Shown piece by piece: positions 29,489 to 39,821 of a stretch of DNA of 64,000 nt. This DNA comes from Fibrobacteria bacterium (GTDB lineage: Bacteria > Fibrobacterota > Chitinivibrionia > Chitinivibrionales > FEN-1185), in contig JBBIGR010000005.1 of the NCBI GenBank assembly GCA_037447435.1, positions 102,995 to 166,994 of the forward strand, in the 5' to 3' direction. The notes beneath the pieces are model-generated. The model worked only from the letters and a program-made list of their open reading frames with translations. It was not told where the DNA came from and made no database searches. The position numbers and the translations under genes were made by a program. How positions within the stretch are numbered: position 1 is the first letter of the stretch; each line of letters starts with the position of its first letter.

Positions 29489-30537
29489 CTTTTCAAATAG
29501 GTATGCAAAACTTCCAGGGTAACTTTACAAATACTTATAACCGGAATGACGACCAACATACCGAGAATGCCGGCCATGCTTCCGCCGGCGGCGACGCCGA
29601 TAATGACCGCAAGGGGATGTAAATTTACCTGACGACCAACGACATTGGGATAGACTAGTGTGCCATCGATGATTTGAACGCAAATGAAGACAATGGCAAT
29701 GCCCAAGAGCGCCCATATCGAAAATGCACCTGGGGTAACCAGCAAAACAAATAATGCGGCAACCACGCTAATGAGCGAACCAAAATAAGGAATAAAATTT
29801 GCCAATCCGGAAATAACGCCGATCACGATGCAATACGGCAAGCCGATTATTGCATATCCGATGGTGGTTGTAATCATAATCGAACACGAATCCAGCAATT
29901 GCCCTCGCACAAAAAGCTTGCACGACATCACAATTTTATGCAGAAGTAAAACACACATTTCGAAATACCGGTTCGGCACAATCGATAAAATGGCTTTTGA
30001 AATCAAATGACCGTCGGCAAGTAAAAAAAAGGTGATCAGCGGAATCAAAACCGCAGTGCTTATTACGGAAATCAGCCCCGAAGCCATTTGAGGAACCGAA
30101 CCGACCATCAGTTGGAAATAGGAAAATAATTTTTCCGTTGCAAATGAATAATAGTCGGGCAACGTCAGATTCGGGAAACGGTGCTTAATCAACGATTCAA
30201 TCTTTTTAACTTGATCGTGCAACTGTTCACTGTATTCGGGAAAATTGACAACCAATATTTTTATTTCATTGACAATCAGCGGGACAAGGAAGGAGATTAA
30301 AATCGCGATACTCGCGGCAATACACAAATAAATCACCAGGATTGCAGGAACGCGGGCAAGCCCCTTCATCTCAAGATAATTGACAAGAGGTTCCAGCATC
30401 AAAGCAAGAACAACAGACGAAAACAGCGCCCCGAATAAATAGCTGAAGGAAAACACCATGCCGAAAAAAAACAATACGACAAGACTGTAAAAGCCGAACT
30501 GAATCAAGTAAAATGACGTGGGACGCGGTTTAGACAT
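29473..30537 (-). CDS. AI-2E family transporter
   Basis: 'LEPLVNYL', 'FVRGQL', 'NFIPYFG', 'LHPLAVIIG...GILGMLVVIP'. Confidence 0.92.
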   Translation of the reverse strand: MSKPRPTSFYLIQFGFYSLVVLFFFGMVFSFSYLFGALFSSVVLALMLEPLVNYLEMKGLARVPAILVIYLCIAASIAILISFLVPLIVNEIKILVVNFPEYSEQLHDQVKKIESLIKHRFPNLTLPDYYSFATEKLFSYFQLMVGSVPQMASGLISVISTAVLIPLITFFLLADGHLISKAILSIVPNRYFEMCVLLLHKIVMSCKLFVRGQLLDSCSIMITTTIGYAIIGLPYCIVIGVISGLANFIPYFGSLISVVAALFVLLVTPGAFSIWALLGIAIVFICVQIIDGTLVYPNVVGRQVNLHPLAVIIGVAAGGSMAGILGMLVVIPVISICKVTLEVLHTYLKSYSIL

Positions 30538-31081
30538 TATCGTTAAACCTTTCGGTTTTCTTGTCCAAATTACTTTTATTGATCATCCGTAATTGAAGTT
30601 TTTCCATGGCTTCATTGGTTTTTAAAAGACGCTTGCTTATTAATTTTGATAAATTCGACAAAATTTTTATTCCTAAACGCGGATTTCTTTGACACAAGCT
30701 TTCAAGCGAAGGTTTTGAAAATCCGAATAACACCGTGTCGTATAACGCAATGGCGGATGCGCTCCGGGGAATTTCATCGAGCAATGCGAGTTCGCCGAAG
30801 AAGCTGAGTTCCTTGATCACGGCAAGCGTCGTTTGGGTATCCCCCCCGATCGTTCGCGTAATTTCTACTCCGCCCGATATGACGATATACATACCGGCTC
30901 CGGGTTCACCTTCATTAAAAATGACTTCACCTTTTTTATAGGTCCGTTCATGAAGCATTCGCTGTACCAGTAATAGTTCATTATTGGTTAGCCCGTAAAA
31001 CGCTGACAATTGCGAAAGGATTTCCAGGATTCCTTCTTTTTTCCTGGGCCATTTTATCACCGACCAAACAGGGTTTTCCAC
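30530..31081 (-). CDS. Stand-alone cyclic-nucleotide-binding domain protein
   Basis: 'IFNEGEPG', 'FFGELAL', 'PRSASA'; C-terminal helix, no HTH. Confidence 0.88.
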   Translation of the reverse strand: MENPVWSVIKWPRKKEGILEILSQLSAFYGLTNNELLLVQRMLHERTYKKGEVIFNEGEPGAGMYIVISGGVEITRTIGGDTQTTLAVIKELSFFGELALLDEIPRSASAIALYDTVLFGFSKPSLESLCQRNPRLGIKILSNLSKLISKRLLKTNEAMEKLQLRMINKSNLDKKTERFNDNV

Positions 31082-31103
31082 TGGTTATTTCCTTATAGAT
31101 AGA

Positions 31104-31289
31104 TTATGGAGCGAATGTGCGGGAATTGGTATCGAGGTCTTCTTTGCCGTCGGGTTGGAAACGGGAAATATGGTGGGATTCGCAATCCGGGCATTCTTTG
31201 CTGCCGGCAAGGCTTGCGGCAAAAACATTTCCGCAGGTCTTACATTTCATGAACCGCATGGTTTCATATTTATTTTCGTCCAACGGCAT
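31104..31289 (-). CDS. Small zinc-ribbon protein
   Basis: 'CKTC' and 'CPDC' pairs; AAGGAG RBS; co-oriented between ftsY and the cNMP gene. Confidence 0.7.
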   Translation of the reverse strand: MPLDENKYETMRFMKCKTCGNVFAASLAGSKECPDCESHHISRFQPDGKEDLDTNSRTFAP

Positions 31290-31314
31290 TTAATACAGCT
31301 CCTTGCAAACGTTC

Positions 31315-32229
31315 TTATTCGCTTTTATCTATATCGCCGAACATCGCATCGGCATAGGCCGTCGGGTTAAAATCCTGTAAATCGTCCATACCTTCGCCGA
31401 CGCCTATCTTACGAATAGGAATGCCAAAGTTCTTCGACATTGCCAATGCAATTCCGCCTTTAGCAGTACCGTCCAGCTTGGTGATGACTAAGCCGGTAAC
31501 GCCGATTATTTCATTGAACACTTTTACTTGATTTAAAGCGTTTTGCCCTGTCGTCGCGTCCACAACCAATAAAACTTCATTCGGGGCTTGCGGAGAATTC
31601 CTTTTTATGACCCGGACGATTTTTTCAAGTTCATTCATAAGATTCGTTTTATTATGCAACCTGCCGGCAGTATCAAGAATCAACACGTCAATGTCGCGCG
31701 CCTTGGCCGCCTCCATTGCATCAAAAGCCACCGATGCGGGATCGGAACCAGCGAGCTGCGATACGAATTCGGCATTGGTCCGATTGGCCCAAATATTCAG
31801 CTGTTCTATGGCACCCGCACGAAACGTGTCTGCGGCGCCAAGCATTACCTTTTTACCGTTTTGTGCGAATTCATTTGACAATTTGCCGATTGTCGTGGTC
31901 TTTCCCACGCCATTTACTCCGACCACGAGAATAACCCACGGTTTAGGCGGAAATTCATCGGGAAGGTTGGGAACCGTCAGGTCCTTTGCAATAAGAGATT
32001 TTAAGGTTTCGTAGGCAACGACATTGGTAGCGATTGCCTTTTCCTTAATTTCAAGTTTCAGGCGGGAAATCAAATCCAATGAACATTCATAGCCGATATC
32101 GGCTTGAATTAAAGCATCTTCAAGAGCAGAATAAAACGATTCATCAAAACCAGAACGCCCCGACACGATAGTCGATATCTGGTCGCGCGTTTTTTTTAAG
32201 CCATCTTTTAATCGTGATAAAAAGCTCAT
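31315..32229 (-). CDS. ftsY: SRP receptor FtsY
   Basis: 'GVNGVGKTTT', 'DTFRAGA', 'DTAGR', 'TKLDGTAKGG'. Confidence 0.98.
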   Translation of the reverse strand: MSFLSRLKDGLKKTRDQISTIVSGRSGFDESFYSALEDALIQADIGYECSLDLISRLKLEIKEKAIATNVVAYETLKSLIAKDLTVPNLPDEFPPKPWVILVVGVNGVGKTTTIGKLSNEFAQNGKKVMLGAADTFRAGAIEQLNIWANRTNAEFVSQLAGSDPASVAFDAMEAAKARDIDVLILDTAGRLHNKTNLMNELEKIVRVIKRNSPQAPNEVLLVVDATTGQNALNQVKVFNEIIGVTGLVITKLDGTAKGGIALAMSKNFGIPIRKIGVGEGMDDLQDFNPTAYADAMFGDIDKSE

Positions 32230-32283
32230 GGTATACTTTGGTTAACGAAAAGTTCTCAATAATACAAGATAAAATAATTTCCA

Positions 32284-33147
32284 TCACACCGGTACATTAC
32301 AAAAATCGATGATGGACTCTATTTGTTTCTCATTTTTCAAGGCTTCATCGGCAATGACCCGCAAACGTTCTATAGGAAGTTTAACCTCATCCAAGGCAAC
32401 TTGCAGCGGTTCGGGAACCACAGGCTGATCAAATGTCGAAAAACCGATAATATGCGCCATGATATCGGCGACATGAACGATGCAAACCATTGTTTTCGCC
32501 TCGGTCGCAAGATGCGGCGTATGGTGAAATACGATCCCTTGTGAAAGCATTTCGGGAAAATTCCAATGTCCGCATAAAACAGTTGCTGCAGAAGTATGAG
32601 ACCGCATCGGATCCTCGACGCTGTAAAACGGTTCGTTGCGACGCTTGCTTTCACGAACGCTGTAATCGAGTCCTAATTCGTCCCATAATCCTAAAACCAA
32701 AATGCCTATATCGTGGAGCATTCCGGCGGAAAAAACATCTTCGGTTTCGATCGGATGATACCGTTTAAGATGTCGTGCAATAGATTCCGCAATGATGCCG
32801 ACCGTTATCGAATGCTTCCAAAACCGGTAAAGCGAAACTATCGATTTTTGAGGAGGTGCAAGCGTAGACAAAACAGATGTCCCCAACACCAGCGAATGAA
32901 TTCTTTTTTGGCCGAGTAAAACCACGGCGTTTTTTACCGAAGAAATGGATTTGGGTAACCCGATATAAGCCGAATTCGCCAATTTCAAAACCTTACCGCA
33001 GATTACCGGATCCAATTTTAAAGCGGAAACGACATCGTCCACCGATGATTGGAGGTTCGAAACAACGGATCCTATGCGTGTAACGACACCGGGCAAAACC
33101 GGCAACGAATGTATTGCGTTTATCAATGATTCGTTTTGACTATTCAT
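32284..33147 (-). CDS. HDOD domain protein
   Basis: 'LPVLP', 'DPVICGKVLKLANSA', 'FWKHS', 'LHDIG', 'WNFP'. Confidence 0.92.
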   Translation of the reverse strand: MNSQNESLINAIHSLPVLPGVVTRIGSVVSNLQSSVDDVVSALKLDPVICGKVLKLANSAYIGLPKSISSVKNAVVLLGQKRIHSLVLGTSVLSTLAPPQKSIVSLYRFWKHSITVGIIAESIARHLKRYHPIETEDVFSAGMLHDIGILVLGLWDELGLDYSVRESKRRNEPFYSVEDPMRSHTSAATVLCGHWNFPEMLSQGIVFHHTPHLATEAKTMVCIVHVADIMAHIIGFSTFDQPVVPEPLQVALDEVKLPIERLRVIADEALKNEKQIESIIDFCNVPV

Positions 33148-33206
33148 AGGTCCCTTTGCAAAAAGCTACTAAGTACTTCAGAAACCCAAAAACTGCGGCT
33201 GTGATT

Positions 33207-33242
33207 TTATGCACCCGGGAAAGCTTTGTGCCCAGTGCATAA
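33207..33242. repeat. Stem-loop between the HDOD genes
   Basis: TTATGCAC...GTGCATAA inverted arms. Confidence 0.4.
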
Positions 33243-33256
33243 TTTATATAAAGGCA

Positions 33257-34150
33257 CTAACTGGAAATCACCGACAGAAACTCCTTATATTTATCAACAT
33301 CTTTTTCCGCTGCAGCAATAAGATTTTGATACTCATCGTCGCCAAGCGATAAGCTTTCTTTTGCCCCTTTCCATTCCAATGGAAGAGGTTCGTTGTCCCA
33401 CAGACCGCAATTGAGCTTGTGCGCGATAGTGTCGGCCACGTGCACAATAGTAACCAAATCACGGATATTTTTTGCAGCCAAAGGGTTATGGTGATGGACA
33501 ATCGCCGCTTCCAGTTCCAAAGGCAATGCCCATTTATCCGCAAGAATATTACCGATTTGCGCGTGAGAAATTCCCATGATTTCGGATTCGATATTTATTA
33601 ATGACATATTTTTTTCCTGGGCATATTTGCAAACGGCAGCATAATCCTGCGGCGTAAAAATCTCAAAAATGAGCTTGCCGATATCGTGCATGATTCCGGC
33701 ACAAAATGCGCTTTGCGGATCAATCATCGTCGTATCCATAATTTGCTGGGCAATCGACCGCGAAATCATGGCGCAAACAATTGAATGTTTCCAAAACCTG
33801 ATCCTGTCAAAAGCAATTTTAGAACCATTGGAAGGAAACATACCCATAACCGATGCGCTTAAAACAAGTGACTTCAGGGTATTAAAACCCAAAACGACGA
33901 CGGCACTTGAAACCGAAGAAATACTTCGAGGCATTCCGTAAAAAGCGCTGTTGGCAAGACGAAGAACCTTGACCGTAAGAGCAGGGTCTTTTTCAATAAG
34001 ATTGGCTGCGTCCTCGGCCGAAGTTTCGACGGAATTGACAACCCGGATTAATTTATTGACAATGGTAGGCAAGGCGGGCAATTGCTTGATATTTTCGACG
34101 ATCCTCTTATATCGATCATCTTTATTTTGAACCGGATCGCTTATATTCAT
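33257..34150 (-). CDS. HDOD domain protein
   Basis: 'LPALP', 'DPALTVKVLRLANSAFYG', 'FWKHS', 'HDIGKL', 'WALP'. Confidence 0.93.
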   Translation of the reverse strand: MNISDPVQNKDDRYKRIVENIKQLPALPTIVNKLIRVVNSVETSAEDAANLIEKDPALTVKVLRLANSAFYGMPRSISSVSSAVVVLGFNTLKSLVLSASVMGMFPSNGSKIAFDRIRFWKHSIVCAMISRSIAQQIMDTTMIDPQSAFCAGIMHDIGKLIFEIFTPQDYAAVCKYAQEKNMSLINIESEIMGISHAQIGNILADKWALPLELEAAIVHHHNPLAAKNIRDLVTIVHVADTIAHKLNCGLWDNEPLPLEWKGAKESLSLGDDEYQNLIAAAEKDVDKYKEFLSVISS

Positions 34151-35455
34151 TTAGGCAACCCGTTCAGCCAAACAGTGGCCGATGAGTGGATCGTATGCCG
34201 TAATTCTTACCTGCAACCAGGAATTTTTAACTGCTTCGGTTTTCGGTACAACGACACGCAAGTAATTTGAAGCCAAACCTGAAACCGGTTCCAGATTTTC
34301 AATCAGAATGGTTTGAATATTTTTTTTTGCCTGTTCGATAAATGCGGAATGCGATTCGTCCAAAACGCTCCGGAGTTTTTGGCTTCGTTCCGTTTTCCGT
34401 GATTCATCTATCTGCCCATCCATTGCGGCAGCCGACGTTTGCGGACGTCTCGAATATCTGAAAACATGGCCGTAACAAAACCCGAGTTTTTTAACATTGA
34501 TAACCGTTTCTAAAAACTGGTCGTCGGTTTCCGAAGGGAAGCCGACGATAAAATCTCCTCCGATCCCGACCTCGGGGTATGCAAAATGAAATCGGGACAA
34601 CAGGTTTACGAATCCGTCAAAATCCGGAATTTCCCTATTCATTTTTTTAAGTATAACCGGACTGAGACTTTGCATGCAAACATGACAATGCCTGCAAATT
34701 TTAGGATGGGTCGCAATCAAGTTTAAAAATTCCTCCGAAATATCCCGCGGATCCAGAGAACTGAGCCTGATGCGAAAATCTCCCGGTTTCCGAGCCAGGG
34801 TTTCGACTAACATATGTAAAGAATTCTTCACCGTTGATGAAGGTGCATCGAATTGCCCTATATGCGTTCCCGTGATAACGATTTCCTTATATCCAGCATC
34901 AATTGCTTTTTCAAAAACAGATAGTATTTCATCCTGATCGACGCTCCGTGATGGTCCGCGCACCAACGGCACGATGCAGTATGCGCATCGGAAATTGCAG
35001 CCTTCCTGAATTTTTAAAAAGAAACGGGTCCGTTTTGATTCGAATGGCGTTTGGATGCTTTTTGCAATTGTGATTTTTTGGGGGGAATTCAATTCATCGT
35101 GAAATATTCCGTCGGAATTTTGATCGAGAATCCTGGCAATTTCCGATTTTTGAGTATTGCCGACAACCCATGTTACGGGAAGCTTTTTTTTAATTTCCAA
35201 AGGAGATTGCTGTGCCAAACATCCGGTCACGCAAATCTTAATTCCCGGTTTTTCGCGAGAAATTGCGGAAATCATTCTGCGGGTTTTTGATTCGGTTGCG
35301 GCAGTCACAAGACAGGTATTGACAATAACGATATCGGCCGCAGTAATCGATTCGACAATGGTGTGGCCCGATTCGATAAGCTGGGAGGATAGCGACATCA
35401 TTTCCTCCTGATTGGTCCGGCATCCAAATGATTTAATGCAAACGGCTTGGGCCAT
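34151..35455 (-). CDS. mtaB: tRNA threonylcarbamoyladenosine methylthiotransferase (radical SAM)
   Basis: 'GCRTNQEE', 'NTCLVT', 'TGC', 'FLKIQEGCNFRCAYC', 'HVFRYSRRPQT'. Confidence 0.9.
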   Translation of the reverse strand: MAQAVCIKSFGCRTNQEEMMSLSSQLIESGHTIVESITAADIVIVNTCLVTAATESKTRRMISAISREKPGIKICVTGCLAQQSPLEIKKKLPVTWVVGNTQKSEIARILDQNSDGIFHDELNSPQKITIAKSIQTPFESKRTRFFLKIQEGCNFRCAYCIVPLVRGPSRSVDQDEILSVFEKAIDAGYKEIVITGTHIGQFDAPSSTVKNSLHMLVETLARKPGDFRIRLSSLDPRDISEEFLNLIATHPKICRHCHVCMQSLSPVILKKMNREIPDFDGFVNLLSRFHFAYPEVGIGGDFIVGFPSETDDQFLETVINVKKLGFCYGHVFRYSRRPQTSAAAMDGQIDESRKTERSQKLRSVLDESHSAFIEQAKKNIQTILIENLEPVSGLASNYLRVVVPKTEAVKNSWLQVRITAYDPLIGHCLAERVA

Positions 35456-35473
35456 GAATTGAGTATGTCCTTA

Positions 35474-36163
35474 TTACATCCAATCGTCTAATGCATCGGT
35501 GACGACATTATAAATCGGAATTATCTGGCTGATATTTAGGGTATTAAACAAGTCGGCGACAATATAATTTGCACCGCAAATCCGCATGGTGCCGCCTGTT
35601 TCCTTTAGCAACTTGTTCATATTGAGAACCACGCTCACGCTCAGACTGTCGAAAAACGTCAAATCTTCCAGATTAAGCAAGATCTTTTTATAGTGCGCCA
35701 TTGTAATGAGAAATTCCTGCTTGAAAAACCGTGAACCGTACGGATGGTTCATGACACCGGCCAGGTGGAAAATGCAAACATCTTTTACTATCTCCTGCTT
35801 TATGCTGAGCCGGATATCGATGCCCTTTTCAAAGAGGTCGATTTCAGCATCATGAGTACCGGAATCGGATTCAATATTAAATATCTTGTCCAGACCGGTA
35901 TCGACGAATAAGTCCCATACTTCTCCGCCCAGATGTCTGATTATCAGGGTAACGCCGGCATTTTTAGTTTCTTTTGCAATCGCCACCAAGGCTCCGATAG
36001 CACTGCTATCGATAAGGGTGGTATCGGAAAAATCTATGATAATACGAGCCGTATGCTTTTCTATTTCCTTACGGGCAGATGCTAAAAACTCAACCGTTGC
36101 TGCTTGATAAAATTGCATCGGCACATGAATGACTACATCATCATTAATTTGTTCCGTATTCAT
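35474..36163 (-). CDS. Tandem STAS-domain anti-sigma-factor antagonist
   Basis: Two STAS units: 'IDFSDTTLIDSSAIG' and 'LNLEDLTFFDSLSV'. Confidence 0.85.
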   Translation of the reverse strand: MNTEQINDDVVIHVPMQFYQAATVEFLASARKEIEKHTARIIIDFSDTTLIDSSAIGALVAIAKETKNAGVTLIIRHLGGEVWDLFVDTGLDKIFNIESDSGTHDAEIDLFEKGIDIRLSIKQEIVKDVCIFHLAGVMNHPYGSRFFKQEFLITMAHYKKILLNLEDLTFFDSLSVSVVLNMNKLLKETGGTMRICGANYIVADLFNTLNISQIIPIYNVVTDALDDWM

Positions 36164-36194
36164 ATTTCCTCCCTAATCCCATAGTTAGTAATTA

Positions 36195-38036
36195 CTAACG
36201 CAAAAATCGTCTGGAAAGTTCATCAAGCGAAATCCGAACTACCGTTGGCCTTCCATGGGGACACGTATACGGATTTTGGGTTGAAAAAAGAGAATTGAGC
36301 AAAGCGTTCATCTCCTCTTGCGATAGTTTCTGCCCCGCCTTGATCGCCGCTCCGCAGGCAAAGGCCGCGGAAAATCGCATTCGGGGATCAGGGAACGTCG
36401 TAACGCTTTTTTCATCGAGCAAGTACTGTATCATGTCCCGGGCCGAACGTTCGGCATCGGAATTTTTCATAAAAGCCGGAATTGCCGACACGGATACGGC
36501 AGTACCCCCAAAATCCTGCATTTCGAACCCGAAACCGCGAAAATAATCACCGGCCGATTCCACGACAGCTTTTTCCGTAGCCGACAATTCCAAAACAACC
36601 GGGAACAAAAGCTGTTGCGACGTTGCTTTGCCGATAGATAAATCCGATAAGGCCTGCTCGAACAAAATCCTTTCATGTGCAGCATGCTGATCGATAAGCA
36701 GTATTCCGTTTTTAATCGGCGCCAAAATATAAATGTCGTGAATCTGATAACATGAAATGAGACTCCACGACTCTTGCTTTGCATTATCAGCTAATTGTAT
36801 CCTCTCCTGCTCGCTTGATTCAAGGATTTTTTCCAGATTCTGAAGCCGGTCGGGAAATGAAATAATGGTTTGTTCGGATTCTCGGGTTTCATTTTCCCCT
36901 ATCTGCTCGGAAACGCCGAAAGGCATGGAATAAGATTGTTGCGGGGTTCCGTATTTCTTCGGATAATACGGGTTTTCTTGAGCTATGGTGTCGGATTGGG
37001 ACTGCGTCGGTACCGGATAGATACTCAGGGTTTTTGAGGCTGTTCCCAGCGTCCGGGATACTATGCCGTAAATGAATCCGAATAATTCACGTTCATTTTC
37101 AAATTTTATTTTTTGTTTTGTCGGATGGACGTTCACGTCCACATGCTGCGGATCGACGTCGATAAAACAGAAAAACGACGGCCTGAATTCACGCTGGACG
37201 AGTTTTGCAAACGCCTCCCGAACGGCAAACAAAACGGAATCGCTGTCGACCCGGCGCAGATTGACATATAAATATTGATACCGAGGCCGATATTCTTGCG
37301 GCGCTTCGAGAGGAAAAAACAACGATGCGGCCATTCCGCGGGTTTCGCCCTGCGCCTGCGTTAATGTCTTTGCGAATTCCAAACCGGTAATCTGGGCTAT
37401 TCTATTTCGCAAAGAATCGGAAACCGGCACGTCGAATACGGCTTTACCTTCAAAAACAGCGGTGAAATGGATGCCGGGAAAAGGAATAGCCAATTGTTCG
37501 ATAAGTTTTAAAAGTGCAATACGTTCGGCTTTACGCGTTTTCATGAATTTTTTCCGCGCAGGAACATTAAAGAACAAATCCCGGCAAGCCATCGTCGTTC
37601 CTTTAACATGAGAAGCAGGTTCTGCCGTTTGCGATGCTCCCCCTTCACACGATATTGAATGTCCCAAACCATCGGTCGAATTGCTCGAGGTGACCGCGAG
37701 TCTGCTCACTGCGGCAATGCTTGCGAGAGCCTCGCCGCGAAACCCCATGGTCGAAATATCGTAGAGGTCGTCTGCCGTCCTGATTTTACTTGTCGAATGC
37801 GCGAGCAGGCATTTACTCAAATTTTCCAGAGACATGCCGATTCCGTTATCCGTAACCTGAAGCAGCGAAAAACCGCTGTCTTCTATGACAATGTCTATTT
37901 TAGTCGCGCCGGCATCGATGGAATTCTCGATGAGTTCTTTCAGCACGGAAGCGGGACGCTCGATCACTTCTCCTGCTGCGATTTTTTCTACAACATCGTG
38001 GGGTAATATTTCAATGCGAATATCGTTGCTTTGCAT
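36195..38036 (-). CDS. mutL: DNA mismatch repair protein MutL
   Basis: 'IAAGEVIERPAS', 'GFRGEAL', 'DVNVHPTK', endonuclease 'DQHAAHER', 'CPHGRP'. Confidence 0.98.
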   Translation of the reverse strand: MQSNDIRIEILPHDVVEKIAAGEVIERPASVLKELIENSIDAGATKIDIVIEDSGFSLLQVTDNGIGMSLENLSKCLLAHSTSKIRTADDLYDISTMGFRGEALASIAAVSRLAVTSSNSTDGLGHSISCEGGASQTAEPASHVKGTTMACRDLFFNVPARKKFMKTRKAERIALLKLIEQLAIPFPGIHFTAVFEGKAVFDVPVSDSLRNRIAQITGLEFAKTLTQAQGETRGMAASLFFPLEAPQEYRPRYQYLYVNLRRVDSDSVLFAVREAFAKLVQREFRPSFFCFIDVDPQHVDVNVHPTKQKIKFENERELFGFIYGIVSRTLGTASKTLSIYPVPTQSQSDTIAQENPYYPKKYGTPQQSYSMPFGVSEQIGENETRESEQTIISFPDRLQNLEKILESSEQERIQLADNAKQESWSLISCYQIHDIYILAPIKNGILLIDQHAAHERILFEQALSDLSIGKATSQQLLFPVVLELSATEKAVVESAGDYFRGFGFEMQDFGGTAVSVSAIPAFMKNSDAERSARDMIQYLLDEKSVTTFPDPRMRFSAAFACGAAIKAGQKLSQEEMNALLNSLFSTQNPYTCPHGRPTVVRISLDELSRRFLR

Positions 38037-38078
38037 GTATTAATATTGTTGATATGATAGAAGAATGGATGATAAAAA

Positions 38079-38162
38079 TGCGGAAGGTGGGAGTCGAACC
38101 CACACGAGTTTGCACTCACTAGGCCCTGAACCTAGCGCGTCTGCCAGTTCCACCACTTCCGC
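38079..38162 (-). tRNA. tRNA-Leu (anticodon CAG), CCA not encoded
   Basis: Minus strand GCGGAAG...CTAGG-TTCAGGG-CCTAG...GGTTCGACTCC...CTTCCGCA, with a long variable arm. Confidence 0.96.
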
Positions 38163-38333
38163 AATCTTAAAGACAGATTACGAAAATATATCATGGATAA
38201 CCATAAAAAAATAAGTTGGTTTTTCATGAACTCAATGCTATAACTAAATTGGAACGCAATAGCGATTTCAGGCAAAGGCCGAATTTATTTAAAATGCGCG
38301 GATATTTCATATACAGTTACTAAAGGGATTTCT

Positions 38334-39806
38334 ATGCCTACATTATCGGAAATAGACCTTTCAAAAAAAATCGAGAAAAAAGAATACAAAGCATTGCGGG
38401 CACCGCTGGAATTACAAATAGGTGAATTGCAAAGAAAAGCGCGTGAACAAGGAATACCGGTAGTGATTGTTTTTGAAGGTTGGGGCGCTGCGGGAAAGGG
38501 AACCCAAATAAACAATTTGATGTTGGCGCTCGATCCGCGCGGGTTTAACGTCAATTTAACCAAATCGCCGAATGAAGAGGAGTATTTGCGTCCATTTCTA
38601 TGGCGTTTCTGGACAAAGCTTCCCGCAGCGGGAAGAATAGCGATTTTCGACAGAAGCTGGTATCGCAGGGTGTTAAACGACAAAGTGGAAAAAACAGTTT
38701 CTAAATCGGAATGCGAAAGGGCGTACCGGGAAATTGCGACCTTCGAACGCCAGCTCATCGACCAAGGCACGATCATAGTAAAATTTTTCCTTCACATTAC
38801 TAAAAAAGAACAAAAAAAACGGTTTGCGACCTTGCTGTCCAACCCGGCAACAGCCTGGAAAGTCAGCAAAAACGATAAAAAGCAGCATGCCAATTACAAT
38901 AAATTCGCCCGTGTCGTTCAAGACATGCTCGATAAAACATCCGCAAAAAACGCACCCTGGACCGTTGTCGAGGCCGTCGATAACCGGTTCGCTTCAATCA
39001 AAATACTGCAAACAATCGCAACGACAATCGCAAAAGCCCTGACAAACCGTCAAAAGAACTGTCAAGCGGAAATCGTGCTTCCGGGAAAAGTCCCTTCGGT
39101 TTTCAAAGCGGTCGATTTGAGTTTGTCTCTTGGCAGAGAGGAATATGAAGAAAAGCTCAAGAACTGTCAAGTCGTATTAAGGGAACTCGAGCATCAAATA
39201 TACCTCAGGCGAATCGGCGTTTTGATTGCCTACGAAGGATGGGATGCCGCGGGAAAAGGAGGAAATATCCGGAGACTGGTGCAGGGATTGGACCCGCGGG
39301 GATATGAAGTGGTTCCGGTTGCTGCACCAAACGACGTGGAAAAAGCTCATCATTATCTTTGGCGTTTCTGGCAAAAAATCCCAAAAGCAGGACATATTAC
39401 CATTTTCGACAGAACCTGGTACGGCAGAGTCATGGTCGAAAGGATTGAAGGCTTTTGCAGTAAAAACGAATGGAAACGCGCATATTCCGAAATCAATGAA
39501 TTTGAAGAACAAATCGCCAATAGCGGAATAATTATTCTCAAATTCTGGTTGCACATTGATCAGGATGAGCAATTACGGCGATTTACTCAAAGGCAAACTA
39601 TCCCCTATAAATCATGGAAAATCACCGATGAGGATTGGCGAAACCGGGAAAAGTGGGCCCAGTATCAAAAGGCGGTCGAGGAAATGATTTTTCGAACCGG
39701 CACGCCGATTGCGCCTTGGACGATTGTCGAAGCCAACTGCAAATTCCATGCACGAATTAAAACGATGCAAACCGTGATAGACGCAGTAGAAAAAAGGTTA
39801 TTGTGA
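38334..39806 (+). CDS. pap: Two-domain polyphosphate kinase 2 (polyphosphate:AMP phosphotransferase)
   Basis: Duplicated 'EGWGAAGKG/EGWDAAGKGG', 'LDPRG', 'FDRSWY/FDRTWY'. Confidence 0.93.
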   Translation: MPTLSEIDLSKKIEKKEYKALRAPLELQIGELQRKAREQGIPVVIVFEGWGAAGKGTQINNLMLALDPRGFNVNLTKSPNEEEYLRPFLWRFWTKLPAAGRIAIFDRSWYRRVLNDKVEKTVSKSECERAYREIATFERQLIDQGTIIVKFFLHITKKEQKKRFATLLSNPATAWKVSKNDKKQHANYNKFARVVQDMLDKTSAKNAPWTVVEAVDNRFASIKILQTIATTIAKALTNRQKNCQAEIVLPGKVPSVFKAVDLSLSLGREEYEEKLKNCQVVLRELEHQIYLRRIGVLIAYEGWDAAGKGGNIRRLVQGLDPRGYEVVPVAAPNDVEKAHHYLWRFWQKIPKAGHITIFDRTWYGRVMVERIEGFCSKNEWKRAYSEINEFEEQIANSGIIILKFWLHIDQDEQLRRFTQRQTIPYKSWKITDEDWRNREKWAQYQKAVEEMIFRTGTPIAPWTIVEANCKFHARIKTMQTVIDAVEKRLL

Positions 39807-39821
39807 TAAAACGGTCATGCT

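Noticed and set aside
38079..38162. tRNA-Leu as an island integration site
   Set aside because: No integrase, no duplicated tRNA 3' end seen, and flanks are core genes (mutL, PPK2).
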